Counted from the stretch's first letter, positions 42,365-52,657 are shown. The stretch: DNA of 64,000 nucleotides from Thermotogaceae bacterium (GCA_029981435.1 JARRBB010000004.1:166-64165), one strand, 5' to 3'. Notes: generated by a model not told the origin, from the sequence alone. A program made the numbers and translations.

Positions 42365-42733
42365 TTAGTGTTGTTCTACGAATTTTTTGTACTCTTCTTC
42401 ACTCATCAAATCATCAAGTTCCGATTCGTCAGTAAATTCCAACTTTGCTATCCAGCCTTTTCCTTCAGCATCTTGATTGATAATTTCTGGTGTAGTATCA
42501 AGTTCTGTGTTCACTTCTATTACTTTTCCAGTTAAAGGAGCGTAAATATCACTTGCTGCTTTAACGGATTCTACCGAACAAAGAACCTCGCCTTTTTTCA
42601 CCTCTTTACCTATCTCTGGTAATTCTACAAACACAACATCTCCAAGTTCTTCCTGAGCATGATTGCTTATACCTATGGTCGCAATTTTACCATCAACTTC
42701 CACCCATTCATGTGTTTTGGAATATTTTTTCAT
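42365..42733 (-). CDS. gcvH: Glycine cleavage system H protein
   Basis: THEWV, GISNHAQEELGDVVFVELP, lipoyl-lysine motif VESVKAASDIYAP. Confidence 0.97.
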   Translation of the reverse strand: MKKYSKTHEWVEVDGKIATIGISNHAQEELGDVVFVELPEIGKEVKKGEVLCSVESVKAASDIYAPLTGKVIEVNTELDTTPEIINQDAEGKGWIAKLEFTDESELDDLMSEEEYKKFVEQH

Positions 42734-42759
42734 GGCTATCCCTCCTAAAAAAAGATATT

Positions 42760-43860
42760 TTATATCTCTATAAGCTTATATTCACGGCTACCAAGCCCAA
42801 TTTTTTCGGCATGCTCAAGTTGAATATTCCAGTCAACAGAAGGATGAATATGTCTGAATTTGTCATCCGTATGTTGAACGTCAAGACTTCCATAAGGATT
42901 GACAGGTGCTTTGTTCACCAAATCCGCACAGGCTTGATCGATTGCAACCGGATCTCTACTTGCCAGTATCCCTATGTTGGGTACAATAGGTGCATCATTG
43001 ACATGCCAGCAATCACAATTAGGTGAAACGTCAGTTATAAAGGAAACATAAAGTGCTCTATCTTTTTTATCTTTAAGAACCGCGTAAGCATATTCAGCCA
43101 TCTTTCTACTAAGCAAGTCCGTTGATGCGTCCCAATTTGGTACCATTGCACCGAACTGACATATTGCTATACATTGACCACAACCGATACAGATTTCATA
43201 GTTTATCTGGGCTTTTCTATCCACGAGTTTAATAGCATTCACTGGACAATACTTCACGCATGAACCACAACCAGTACAGCTGTCTTTTTCAACTCTTGGC
43301 TTAGAAGTTGAATGTTGCTCAAGTTTTCCTGCTCTTGAGGCAAACCCCATACCAATGTTTTTTATAGTACCTCCAAAACCAGTCGCCTCATGACCTTTAA
43401 AATGTGTCATGGCAATTATAGAATCTGCATAATAAGCTGCACCACCTATTTTGGCCTTTTTAACGTATTCTAAGTTGATTTCCACTTCTACTTCGTCTCT
43501 ACCTCTTAAACCGTCGGCTATAACAATTGGAGTCCCCACAACAGAAAAAGCAAAACCATTCTCGATAGCCGCTTCTATATGTTCAGGGGCATTCGCCCTT
43601 CTACCTCTGTAAAGTGTATTTGCATCAGTTAAAAATGGTATCGTTCCAAGTTTTTTCAACAATTCGACAAGCTTTCTCACATAATTTGGTCTTATGTATG
43701 CGAGATTTCCAGGTTCGCCAAAGTGTATCTTTATTGCTGTTAAATCGCCTTTTTTTACGACGTTTTCTATACCAGCTTTTCTCAAAAGCCTTTCAAACTT
43801 TTGAAGAAGATTTTCCGTTGGAGTTGCTCTAAAATTCATGAAAAAAACTTCTGCTGCCAC
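42760..43860 (-). CDS. DUF362 domain Fe-S protein with a 2x[4Fe-4S] ferredoxin domain
   Basis: AIKIHFGEPGN, FLTDANTLY, THFKGH..TGFGG, two CxxCxxCxxxC motifs, SPNCDC; GTG start after GGAGGTG. Confidence 0.88.
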   Translation of the reverse strand: MAAEVFFMNFRATPTENLLQKFERLLRKAGIENVVKKGDLTAIKIHFGEPGNLAYIRPNYVRKLVELLKKLGTIPFLTDANTLYRGRRANAPEHIEAAIENGFAFSVVGTPIVIADGLRGRDEVEVEINLEYVKKAKIGGAAYYADSIIAMTHFKGHEATGFGGTIKNIGMGFASRAGKLEQHSTSKPRVEKDSCTGCGSCVKYCPVNAIKLVDRKAQINYEICIGCGQCIAICQFGAMVPNWDASTDLLSRKMAEYAYAVLKDKKDRALYVSFITDVSPNCDCWHVNDAPIVPNIGILASRDPVAIDQACADLVNKAPVNPYGSLDVQHTDDKFRHIHPSVDWNIQLEHAEKIGLGSREYKLIEI

Positions 43861-43880
43861 TTTTTTCACCTCCAAAAAAT

Positions 43881-44705
43881 TTATATCAAAGCACAGCATT
43901 CCTGAGAATCTGAAAATTCATAACCAAGTTCTGATATATAACTGTAAGTTTTAGGGATTGGTTTAGTTATAATGTCAAATCCAATATCAAGAGCAAGTTT
44001 TTGAAGTGTTGTTCTGTAAAGTCCTCTTGGTTGCATACAACCGAGTATGAGTTTTGGAAAATACAATCTTGCCTTCTGAAAAATCTGCTTAACGTCATTG
44101 AATTCTGGTGGAAAACAATTTTGATATGCTGTACCAGATGTAGGAATGAATACATTCAGTATTAACTTTTTAAGTCCCAACTCTTTGAGTATTTCGAGTG
44201 ATCTATATTCATGAGTTATCTTTCCACACTGGAGCCCGATTGTTAGATGAACAGAAGGTTCAAGATATTTTCTAACGTTTTCTATTGTATCAAGATAATC
44301 TTTCACAGAAATTTTTGCACCATACACTTCACTTACAACTTCGGAATCTCCTACAAAATCAAGAGAGACAGCATCAGCATATTTCAGAAATTCAAGGTTA
44401 TCCTCACTTTTTACAATACCAACATGAAAGTTCAATTTGTATCCAAAACCTTTGAGTGCAATGATTTTATCCATAAAATTTTCTATAGGGACTCTGAGCT
44501 TGCCGTTTAAGCCACCGCTTACAAGAAAACTGTCGTATTTACCGTCAAGCATGTCCAGAGAGATATTTTCTATCCACATCATCTTCTTGAGATAATGTCT
44601 TCCGCAATGCTTGCAGTTCAATGAGCAACTTCCTCTGGTTATTGAAAGCGGTAAGGTCCTCCTTAAATTGGTTAAAATAACTTTTTTAACAGTTTGACCT
44701 TTCAT
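43881..44705 (-). CDS. Radical SAM protein, archaeal-type lipoyl synthase LipS1-like
   Basis: CSLNCKHC (CX3CX2C), LVSGG, LGCMQP and C-terminal ECC; located upstream of gcvH. Confidence 0.65.
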   Translation of the reverse strand: MKGQTVKKVILTNLRRTLPLSITRGSCSLNCKHCGRHYLKKMMWIENISLDMLDGKYDSFLVSGGLNGKLRVPIENFMDKIIALKGFGYKLNFHVGIVKSEDNLEFLKYADAVSLDFVGDSEVVSEVYGAKISVKDYLDTIENVRKYLEPSVHLTIGLQCGKITHEYRSLEILKELGLKKLILNVFIPTSGTAYQNCFPPEFNDVKQIFQKARLYFPKLILGCMQPRGLYRTTLQKLALDIGFDIITKPIPKTYSYISELGYEFSDSQECCALI

Positions 44706-45787
44706 ACTTTGAATAGAAATTTCAACACATCCCCTTCCTTTACTGTATAATCTTTTCCATGATACTCTATAGCACCTCTTTCTTTTGCCTCTTTGAGGTT
44801 TGAAAATCCCTTCAACTTTTCAAAATTTATAACCTCAACTTTTATAAATCCCTTTTGCATATCTGTATGAATCAAACCAGCAGCTTCATAAGCCGACGAA
44901 TTCCTTCTTGTTGCCCAGGCTCGTGCCTCATTTTGATTAACCGTGAAAAAGGTTATCAGTTCCAAAACGCCATAAACGGACGCTATCAAGTCCTGAATAG
45001 CCGATCTTTTCAGCCCATAAATCTCTAAAAATTCCTTTCTCTCTTCATCAGGAATTTCTTTAAGCTCTTCTTCTATTTTTGCATTCAGAATAAGTAGATC
45101 TGCGTTTCGTTTCACAGCAATATTCTTCAATGGGGAGAAAAAGTCCTGATTGTTAGCATGTTCGTCAACATTCAAAACATACACAAAAGGTTTGTCGGTT
45201 AGAAGAAAAAGCTCCTTGATTATCTTATCTTCATTTTCGTTTTTTACAAAGTTAAAAGCAAGATTTCCTTCATTAAGATGTTTTTTCAACCTCTCCAAAA
45301 GTTCGATTTCTTCAATAGCTTCCTTATCACCACTTTTAGCCATCTTAAACTTTTTCTGGTAACGTTTTTCGATGGTATCAAGGTCCTTTAATATCAATTC
45401 CAGCTCAACTGTTTCAAGATCTCTAAGCGGATTCAAATCCCCGTCAGAATGTGGAACATTTGGACTAATAAATCCTCTTATGACATGAACAATTGCATCG
45501 ACTTTTCTTATCTGATCAAGAAACTGATTACCCAGTCCCTCGCCTTTACTAGCACCTTTTATAAGACCTGCGATATCTATGAACTCTATAACCGGCTTTA
45601 CTCTCCTATGGGAATTTTCCATCTGTGCCAATAAATCTACCCGATTGTCATCAACTTCAACGACAGCTATGTTTGGATCTACTGTACAAAAGGGATAACT
45701 TTCAGCCGGAACCTTCAACCCGGTTATAGCATTGAACAGAGTAGATTTACCAGAATTAGGCATTCCAACAATTCCTACATTTAACGT
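44702..45787 (-). CDS. ychF: Redox-regulated ATPase YchF (probable non-AUG start, ACG)
   Basis: GIVGMPNSGKST, YPFCT, DIAGLIKGASKGEGLGNQFL, IHTD, GKDYTVKEGD. Confidence 0.95.
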   Translation of the reverse strand, partial: TLNVGIVGMPNSGKSTLFNAITGLKVPAESYPFCTVDPNIAVVEVDDNRVDLLAQMENSHRRVKPVIEFIDIAGLIKGASKGEGLGNQFLDQIRKVDAIVHVIRGFISPNVPHSDGDLNPLRDLETVELELILKDLDTIEKRYQKKFKMAKSGDKEAIEEIELLERLKKHLNEGNLAFNFVKNENEDKIIKELFLLTDKPFVYVLNVDEHANNQDFFSPLKNIAVKRNADLLILNAKIEEELKEIPDEERKEFLEIYGLKRSAIQDLIASVYGVLELITFFTVNQNEARAWATRRNSSAYEAAGLIHTDMQKGFIKVEVINFEKLKGFSNLKEAKERGAIEYHGKDYTVKEGDVLKFLFKV

Positions 45788-45958
45788 TTATAACCACTCC
45801 TCATGTTCAGAAAACTTTTGAATTGACTACCAATAAATTTTACCATAAGCGAATGATGATAATCAGAAAAATCGCAGCTGAAAAATTGTAAAAGAAATGT
45901 AAATACTGATGTTTGCAATATGCGGAAAAGGATATAATTAAAAAAACAACTATCTTAG

Positions 45959-46990
45959 TTGAGAAGGGGGAAGGCAAAAATGAAAATGTGTAAGGTACTT
46001 TTGATTTCATTTCTTCTTATGCTGGGACTTTCAACAGTTTTTGGTGTCACTCTAAGTGAAATTTTTACAACCGCCAAATCCAGTAATACCGACTTCATCG
46101 TTGCAGACCTGGAACTTCAAAAAGCAAACCTGAATTATGAAATGTCAAAAATACAGGCGGATACAAAAAAAGAATTGCTGAATGCCGAACTCAACTATTA
46201 CTCCACCATGCTCTCAAACAGAAACAGTATTAAGAACTTTTATTCTGATGTTTTAAGTTCTATCTTCGATATCTGGATAAATGAAATAAACTTGGATATA
46301 GCGGATATAAACAAAAGAATAGCAGAGATAAATTATCAAAACACTGAAAATCTCTACAAGAAAAAATGGGCCTCTGATATAGAACTCGAAGAAGCTTCTT
46401 TGACCGTTAAAGAAGCTCAGATAGAACTGGAAAATTCCAAGTGGAATCTTGAAAAAGCCATGAAAGACTTTGAGCTTGTAACTGGAAGAAAATGGGAAAA
46501 TTTCGAGATAAAAATCTACAATTATCAAGATTATGTGGTTTCCGACCAGGTCTGGAAAGAAAATGATTTAAATTTGAAGGTACTGGAACTAAATTATGAG
46601 ATAGCGAAATACAACCTGGAAACTCTTTCATCAGGAGTTTCTGAGTACGATAGGATTGTGGCAAAAATAGAACTCGAGAAAGCAAAGCTGAACTGGGAAG
46701 AAACGTTGAAAAACATTTCAAAAAATCACAAAGATTCTATTCAAAATTTGAAATCCTCTTATTTAAATACATTGAATCTGAAAGATAGATTGGATTTAAC
46801 TAAAAAAGATTTTCAGGATAGCGAAGTAAACTATCAGAAGGGTCTTATATCTGAACTGGAGTATCTAAATTCAAAATTATCCCTCTTGAACGATCAGAAA
46901 AACTATGAAAGTTCGCTGGAAAACTTTCTCAAATTGCTGATCAATTATTTGATAGATACAGGAAGGCTTCCTGAGGAGGAACTTCGTTAA
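45959..46990 (+). CDS. TolC-like outer-membrane efflux protein (short, mostly helical)
   Basis: Signal peptide; OEP repeat motifs ENLYKKKWASDIELEEA and VNYQKGLISELEYL. Confidence 0.65.
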   Translation: MRRGKAKMKMCKVLLISFLLMLGLSTVFGVTLSEIFTTAKSSNTDFIVADLELQKANLNYEMSKIQADTKKELLNAELNYYSTMLSNRNSIKNFYSDVLSSIFDIWINEINLDIADINKRIAEINYQNTENLYKKKWASDIELEEASLTVKEAQIELENSKWNLEKAMKDFELVTGRKWENFEIKIYNYQDYVVSDQVWKENDLNLKVLELNYEIAKYNLETLSSGVSEYDRIVAKIELEKAKLNWEETLKNISKNHKDSIQNLKSSYLNTLNLKDRLDLTKKDFQDSEVNYQKGLISELEYLNSKLSLLNDQKNYESSLENFLKLLINYLIDTGRLPEEELR

Positions 46991-48270
46991 TGCTCCGGAA
47001 AAAGTTGCTTTTATTTCTTGTGTTTTTGAGTTTTTTTACTTTAGCCTTCAGCGATTTCTGGCAATTATACAAGAATGAATTGCTAAAAACATCTGAATAT
47101 TTAACAGCGGTTCAAAGCTTCAAACAGGCAGAGCTGAATCTGAAACAGTTCGAAAATTTTCTAAATCCTTATCTTGAATTCACATTTGGCGCAGAACCTC
47201 TGGTAATAAACAAAAATGGTATAAATGCCTTTTCAGTGAGTTTAAATCTCAACTTTTTAAAGGTCTATGGAAGTAACATAGGTATCTCACTACCCTTAGA
47301 TATTGATTTAAAAAATGATTCTATAGACCTTGACTATCCTTCCTTAAAAATATCGAGAAATCTTTTTCAGGAACAAAAAGCAGAACATTTAGAAGCCCTT
47401 TCAAATTACTACAGTAGTCTATGGAATTTGAAAGAAGTGAAATGGAGTAAACTCAAAGAACTGATTAATGATATATTCAACTGGTGGTATTATAACGAAC
47501 TGAAAAAATTAAACGTTGAAAAACTCGAAATCATCAAACAGAAAATGTCTGAAGTAAAGGAAGATTCAGAGAAAAGAGAGTTGAAAAATCAAATTCTGGA
47601 AATTCAAAAATCGTTGCTGAATTACGAAAATATTCTGAAGAACATAGATATAGATTGTTCCTATGAACTTTATGAAGAAGCGTTAAAAAGTATAAAAGAA
47701 CTCATTGAAGAAATTCCTGGAACTTCTAAAGCTTTGAGAGAGGATCTTCTGGCAGCAAAGTACAGCAAAGAAGCAGCCTTCGAAAAATCGAATTTGTGGT
47801 ATTTACCTTATCTTCCAAACCCATCACTGGGAATAACTTTTGGTTATAACGATGGGAAGTTCGACTGGTCAATCAGTATTTCACTGAGTTATACACTCAT
47901 TGATCATGGAGAAAAGAAATTCCAATCTGAAAATCGGAAAGTTGATTCGAAGATAAAAGAATTGGATTATTTGAATAAACAAAAGAAGATCGTAGAGAAT
48001 ATCTCGACCATTATGAACTCCATAGATTCACTCATGGTACAAAAAGAATTAGAAAACCTAAAGATTGAAGACTCTTCTGAACAGCTTGAAAAAGATAAAA
48101 AACTTCTGGATAAGGGTTTTATAACGGCTTTAGATTTTGAATTATCGAGAATTGAAAATGAAATTTTGAAAGTGGAATATCAGAACATTGAAAACGAAAT
48201 CCTTATCAAAAAGATCGATTTTCTACTCGAGAGAGGTTATGAACTGAACACTGGAGGTGTGAGTAATTGA
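46990..48270 (+). CDS. Second TolC-like outer-membrane efflux protein
   Basis: Signal peptide; YLPNPSLGITF..DWSISISLSYTLIDHG beta segment; LLDKGFITALDF. Confidence 0.7.
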   Translation: MLRKKLLLFLVFLSFFTLAFSDFWQLYKNELLKTSEYLTAVQSFKQAELNLKQFENFLNPYLEFTFGAEPLVINKNGINAFSVSLNLNFLKVYGSNIGISLPLDIDLKNDSIDLDYPSLKISRNLFQEQKAEHLEALSNYYSSLWNLKEVKWSKLKELINDIFNWWYYNELKKLNVEKLEIIKQKMSEVKEDSEKRELKNQILEIQKSLLNYENILKNIDIDCSYELYEEALKSIKELIEEIPGTSKALREDLLAAKYSKEAAFEKSNLWYLPYLPNPSLGITFGYNDGKFDWSISISLSYTLIDHGEKKFQSENRKVDSKIKELDYLNKQKKIVENISTIMNSIDSLMVQKELENLKIEDSSEQLEKDKKLLDKGFITALDFELSRIENEILKVEYQNIENEILIKKIDFLLERGYELNTGGVSN

Positions 48271-49313
48271 AAAAAAGATGGTTGTGGCTCATCATCGTAG
48301 TCGCTATCATAGTCGTGCTGATTTTAATATTTTTCAGAAATAAAAATCAGAATTCGTCAAACCAACAGTCAACCAATTCCTTACCCCAGTTTTTTCTTGA
48401 ATACAAAGTAAAAAGAAGCGAACTGGGAGATTATCTTGAAGTGACAGGTAATGTCGAAGCCGATATCATAAGCATTTCATCAAAAGTGGCGGGAGAAATA
48501 GTGGAGATTTTTGTGACAGAAGGTCAGCAGGTAAAAAAAGGCGAACCAGTGGCCAAAGTAGATGATTTATCGTATAGAAAGAGTTACCTCGAAGCTTTGA
48601 GCAACTACGAAAGTTCCCTTAATTCTTCCGAAAGATTAAAAGAATTAAGAAAGTTGGAGCTTGAAATAGCAAAAAAGAACCTTGAAAACGCAACAATAAC
48701 CACTCCAACAGATGGAATAATAGACGAAGTGAATGTCAAAATAGGTGATATTGTCGGTCAGGGAACTGTAATAGCTACTCTGATAGATGAAAATAGTCTT
48801 TGCGTTAAAGCGTGGATTGACGAGGTTGATTTGAAAAAGGTAAAGGAAAATTCAGATGTGGTTGTTGAATTTGAGCAACTCGGTATCAACCTCAATGGAA
48901 AAATTAACAGAATAAGTCCCTCTGCTGTTTCTTCTGGTGGTATCGTATCAATCCCAATAGAAATAACCCTTGAAGGTAATCCCTGGGAAAAGGGTGTTAT
49001 ACCTAACCTAACTTGTAATGTAAAGATACTTTTGATGAGCAAGAAAAATGTTATAGTGATCCCAAGAAATGGGTTATCCAATGATGAAAACGGTTACTAT
49101 GTTATGGTGAAAAACGGTAACACTACGGAAAAAAGATATATCGAAACAGGTGAAATGACTGAAGATGTTGTGGAAGTAGTCAGCGGATTGAACGAAGGGG
49201 AAACAATTTTGATACAACCAAACAGAGAAAGATTGAGAGAGTTTATGCAAGAAATAGGTGGTTCACAACAATTCAGAACTCCCTTCGGTGGTCCACCTCC
49301 TGTAGGAAGGTGA
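48267..49313 (+). CDS. MacA-like efflux periplasmic adaptor subunit
   Basis: N-terminal TM; SSKVAGEIVEIFVTEGQQVKKGEP; ITTPTDG; VEVVSGLNEGE. Confidence 0.9.
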   Translation: MKKRWLWLIIVVAIIVVLILIFFRNKNQNSSNQQSTNSLPQFFLEYKVKRSELGDYLEVTGNVEADIISISSKVAGEIVEIFVTEGQQVKKGEPVAKVDDLSYRKSYLEALSNYESSLNSSERLKELRKLELEIAKKNLENATITTPTDGIIDEVNVKIGDIVGQGTVIATLIDENSLCVKAWIDEVDLKKVKENSDVVVEFEQLGINLNGKINRISPSAVSSGGIVSIPIEITLEGNPWEKGVIPNLTCNVKILLMSKKNVIVIPRNGLSNDENGYYVMVKNGNTTEKRYIETGEMTEDVVEVVSGLNEGETILIQPNRERLREFMQEIGGSQQFRTPFGGPPPVGR

Positions 49314-49318
49314 TGTAG

Positions 49319-50014
49319 ATGAATCAGAAAGTCGTCGAATTCATAAATGTGAAGAAAATATATGATATGGGTGAGGTCAAGGTAGAAGCGTTGAAAGGCA
49401 TATCCTTTGAAATTTTGAAAGGAGATTATGTGATCATAATGGGGCCATCTGGAAGTGGTAAATCCACTCTTTTACACATCATGGGATGTTTGGATAGACC
49501 AACAAGCGGTAAAGTACTAATAGATGGTGAAGACACTTCTAAAATGAATGATTCCAAACTTGCAAGATTGAGAAATCAAAAAATAGGTTTTGTTTTTCAA
49601 AGTTTCAATCTTTTGAGTAAGCTAACAGCTCTTGAAAACGTTGAACTTCCAATGATATACGCTGGAATTGAAAAAAGAAAAAGAAAGAAACGTGCCATCG
49701 AACTGTTGGAGATGGTTGGCCTTGGGGATAGACTGAATCACAGGCCTAACCAGCTTTCAGGTGGTCAACAACAGAGGGTTGCCATAGCACGAGCTCTTGC
49801 AAATGATCCTCCAATAATTCTTGCAGACGAGCCAACCGGTAATCTCGATACAAAGAGTGGAGAAGAAATACTTAAAATTTTCAAGATGCTTCATGAATCT
49901 GGAAAAACAATAATAGTTGTAACACATGACCCTGATATGATTCATGAAGGAAAAACCTTGATAAAAATAAAAGATGGATTGATAGAAGGTGTAGAGGTGT
50001 TGGAATTTGTCTGA
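49319..50014 (+). CDS. ABC ATP-binding protein (MacB/LolD type)
   Basis: [38 protein letters not shown]. Confidence 0.95.
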   Translation: MNQKVVEFINVKKIYDMGEVKVEALKGISFEILKGDYVIIMGPSGSGKSTLLHIMGCLDRPTSGKVLIDGEDTSKMNDSKLARLRNQKIGFVFQSFNLLSKLTALENVELPMIYAGIEKRKRKKRAIELLEMVGLGDRLNHRPNQLSGGQQQRVAIARALANDPPIILADEPTGNLDTKSGEEILKIFKMLHESGKTIIVVTHDPDMIHEGKTLIKIKDGLIEGVEVLEFV

Positions 50015-51236
50015 AATAATAATTGAATCTATAAGAAGTTTAATGAGTAACAAATTAAGAACTTTTCTTTCCATGCTTGGAATAATAATCGGCGTCACGG
50101 CTGTCATAACTGTTGTTTCAATAGGTCAAGGAACCACTGAAAATGTTACAAGTCGTATAGCATCGCTTGGTTCAAACGTAATCATAGTGATGCCGGGTAT
50201 ATCAGGTGGTTCTGGTAGAGCTGCAACTCAATTATCTGATATTCTAAGTGTATCGGATGTTGAAAAAATTCGACAGATGTGTCCAAATGTTTCAAAAGTA
50301 GCACCAATTTTGCAAAGAAGCTCAAATATCGGATATGAGAACCAAAATACTGTTGCAACGATTATGGCATCTACACCTGAAATATTCGACATTTTGAATC
50401 TTGAAATTTCCAAAGGTAGGAAATTAACTTATGAAGATGAAGAAAATTTTGAAAATGTTGTCATACTTGGATATGACGTTGCGCAGGAAATATTTGGAGA
50501 CGAAGAACCTCTTGGTAAAAATATCTACATATCTTTGAATATCGGTAACTCCTCTATCAAAAAATTATTTAAAGTAGTCGGTATCATGAAAAAGCTTGGA
50601 AGCAAATTGATGTATCGACCAGACGACTCGATAATAATACCCTTTTCATCCGCTGATGAAAGAATTTTTTACTCTCAGGGAAAAGTTAACTCAATAATAG
50701 CATCAGCAGATAGTTCAGAAAATTCTCAGATTGCTATGATACAAATAGATCAGGTTCTCTATGACAGGTTTGATACAGCCGACAAATACAGATTTATAAG
50801 TCAAGAATCCATAATGGAAACTCTTCAGGAAACAACCGCAATTTTAAGTTTCTTTTTGGGAGCCATAGCGGCCATTTCTTTGATAGTTGGTGGAATAGGG
50901 ATAATGAATATAATGCTCGTTTCTGTAACGGAGAGAACGAGAGAAATAGGCGTCAAACTTGCGATTGGAGCCACGAGAAAAAGAATTTTATGGGAATTCA
51001 TCTTTGAAAGCGTTCTGCTCACTTTCATTGCTGGTGTAATAGGTATCTTGCTCGGTATTGGTTTCTCTAAATTAACAGAAATACTCGCCAGTGATTTTAA
51101 TTTAAAAACATCCGTTTCCTGGCAATCCATAGCCATTGCCTTCGGTGCTTCTACTCTCATTGGGCTCTTCTTTGGAATTTATCCCGCAAGTAAGGCTTCA
51201 AAGCTTGATCCAGTTGAAGCATTGAGATACGAGTGA
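50007..51236 (+). CDS. ABC permease (MacB/FtsX type)
   Basis: LRTFLSMLGIIIGV, VGGIGIMNIMLVSVTERTREIG, PASKASKLDPVEALRYE. Confidence 0.95.
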   Translation: MSEIIIESIRSLMSNKLRTFLSMLGIIIGVTAVITVVSIGQGTTENVTSRIASLGSNVIIVMPGISGGSGRAATQLSDILSVSDVEKIRQMCPNVSKVAPILQRSSNIGYENQNTVATIMASTPEIFDILNLEISKGRKLTYEDEENFENVVILGYDVAQEIFGDEEPLGKNIYISLNIGNSSIKKLFKVVGIMKKLGSKLMYRPDDSIIIPFSSADERIFYSQGKVNSIIASADSSENSQIAMIQIDQVLYDRFDTADKYRFISQESIMETLQETTAILSFFLGAIAAISLIVGGIGIMNIMLVSVTERTREIGVKLAIGATRKRILWEFIFESVLLTFIAGVIGILLGIGFSKLTEILASDFNLKTSVSWQSIAIAFGASTLIGLFFGIYPASKASKLDPVEALRYE

Positions 51237-51265
51237 TTTTTAACTACATGACAATATTTTTTAAA

Positions 51266-51302
51266 TTATGGTGCAAATTTTAAATTGCACCATAAATTTT
51301 TT
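51266..51302 (+). terminator. Probable terminator after the exporter operon
   Basis: 11-bp inverted repeat TTATGGTGCAA/TTGCACCATAA followed by ATTTTTT. Confidence 0.65.
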
Positions 51303-51322
51303 AAAATTAATCTACAAAATGT

Positions 51323-51351
51323 TTGACTTTTTTGAGTTTTATCTGTATAAT
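51323..51351 (+). promoter_or_regulatory. Promoter of the MFS transporter
   Basis: TTGACT-17 bp-TATAAT. Confidence 0.7.
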
Positions 51352-51397
51352 TTCAATTTGGAAATCAAATTTATTCAACACGAGGTGAAAAAATAAT

Positions 51398-52657
51398 ATG
51401 ACAGCACCGCAAAAGAGAAACTTTTGGCTTTACGCAATCGGAAGATTGGTATCTCTTATAGGAAGTGGTATACAGGCTGTGGCATTGCCTTTGTACATTC
51501 TTGATAAAACTGGTTCTGGCTCGATGATGGGAATTTTTGCTATGTTGAGTATGGTTCCTGCTTTAATGATAACCCCACTTGCCGGTGTAATCGGTGATAG
51601 ATGGGACAGAAAAAGGATCATGGTTAACCTCGATTATGCTCGTGGTCTCATAATATTAATACTTGCTTTTTTAACCCTTACAAACAAATTGAACATACCG
51701 ATACTTTTCATCACTCAAATATTTGTTTCACTCATGGATTCAATTTTTGGTTCCGCAACAGCAGCCATGCTTCCGGACCTTCTAAGTGTAGAGAAATTGA
51801 AATGGGGAAATTCAATAATGGCAACTATTCGAAGTCTTTCTGGGATAATAGGTCCTGCACTCGGTGGAATAATATACGGAATCCTTGGAATAGAGTGGGT
51901 TTTCATTATAAATGGTGTTTCCTTCATTTTATCTGCGGTAAGTGAGATGTTTATAAAATATACCGTTCCTCATGATCGGGACAAGAAGTTTAATCTGAAG
52001 ATATTTATAGAAGACACCAAAGAAGGTTTGAAGTTCATATGGGGTAAAAAAACTCTTTTATCTCTTCTGATGTTGTTCATGGTTTTGAACTTTCTTGCAA
52101 ACCCTATTTTCATAGTTGCATTGCCCTATGTTTTTAGAGAAGTAATAGGATTCAGCGCACAGCAATTTGGCTATGCCCAAACTTTCTGGACAATTGGAAC
52201 TCTTCTTGGAAGCATAATGGTAGGAACATTTCTGATCAAAATTTCAACGAGTAAACTTTTTAAAATTGGATTATTGGCCATGGTTTATATAGCCATAATT
52301 TTTTCATTCGAATTTTTTCCTGTTTTTCAGAACATTTTCGGTGGACCAACATGGGGATACTTCCTTCTAATAGCAATTTCGCTTCTAATAATGGGAATTT
52401 TCAATATGATACTCAACATACCAATAGATACCTATCTTCAAAAAATGACTCCTTCGGATATAAGGGCAAGAGTTTTTTCAGTAATAGGTTTATTAGCACA
52501 ACTTGCGGTTCCAGTGGGCTCTTTGATATTCGGATTGCTGCTTGACAGATTCCCTGCCCATTCTGTAATGATGGCTATAAGCATCCTTCTTGCTCTGATA
52601 TCAACAGCATACATACTCAGAGGACCGAAAGAAATCTTAGTCGAAGAAGAAATCTAA
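51398..52657 (+). CDS. MFS transporter (DHA3/Mef-like H+ antiporter)
   Basis: GRLVSLIGS, AGVIGDRWDRKRIM (motif A), LQKMTPSDIRARVFS; about 12 TM helices. Confidence 0.9.
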   Translation: MTAPQKRNFWLYAIGRLVSLIGSGIQAVALPLYILDKTGSGSMMGIFAMLSMVPALMITPLAGVIGDRWDRKRIMVNLDYARGLIILILAFLTLTNKLNIPILFITQIFVSLMDSIFGSATAAMLPDLLSVEKLKWGNSIMATIRSLSGIIGPALGGIIYGILGIEWVFIINGVSFILSAVSEMFIKYTVPHDRDKKFNLKIFIEDTKEGLKFIWGKKTLLSLLMLFMVLNFLANPIFIVALPYVFREVIGFSAQQFGYAQTFWTIGTLLGSIMVGTFLIKISTSKLFKIGLLAMVYIAIIFSFEFFPVFQNIFGGPTWGYFLLIAISLLIMGIFNMILNIPIDTYLQKMTPSDIRARVFSVIGLLAQLAVPVGSLIFGLLLDRFPAHSVMMAISILLALISTAYILRGPKEILVEEEI

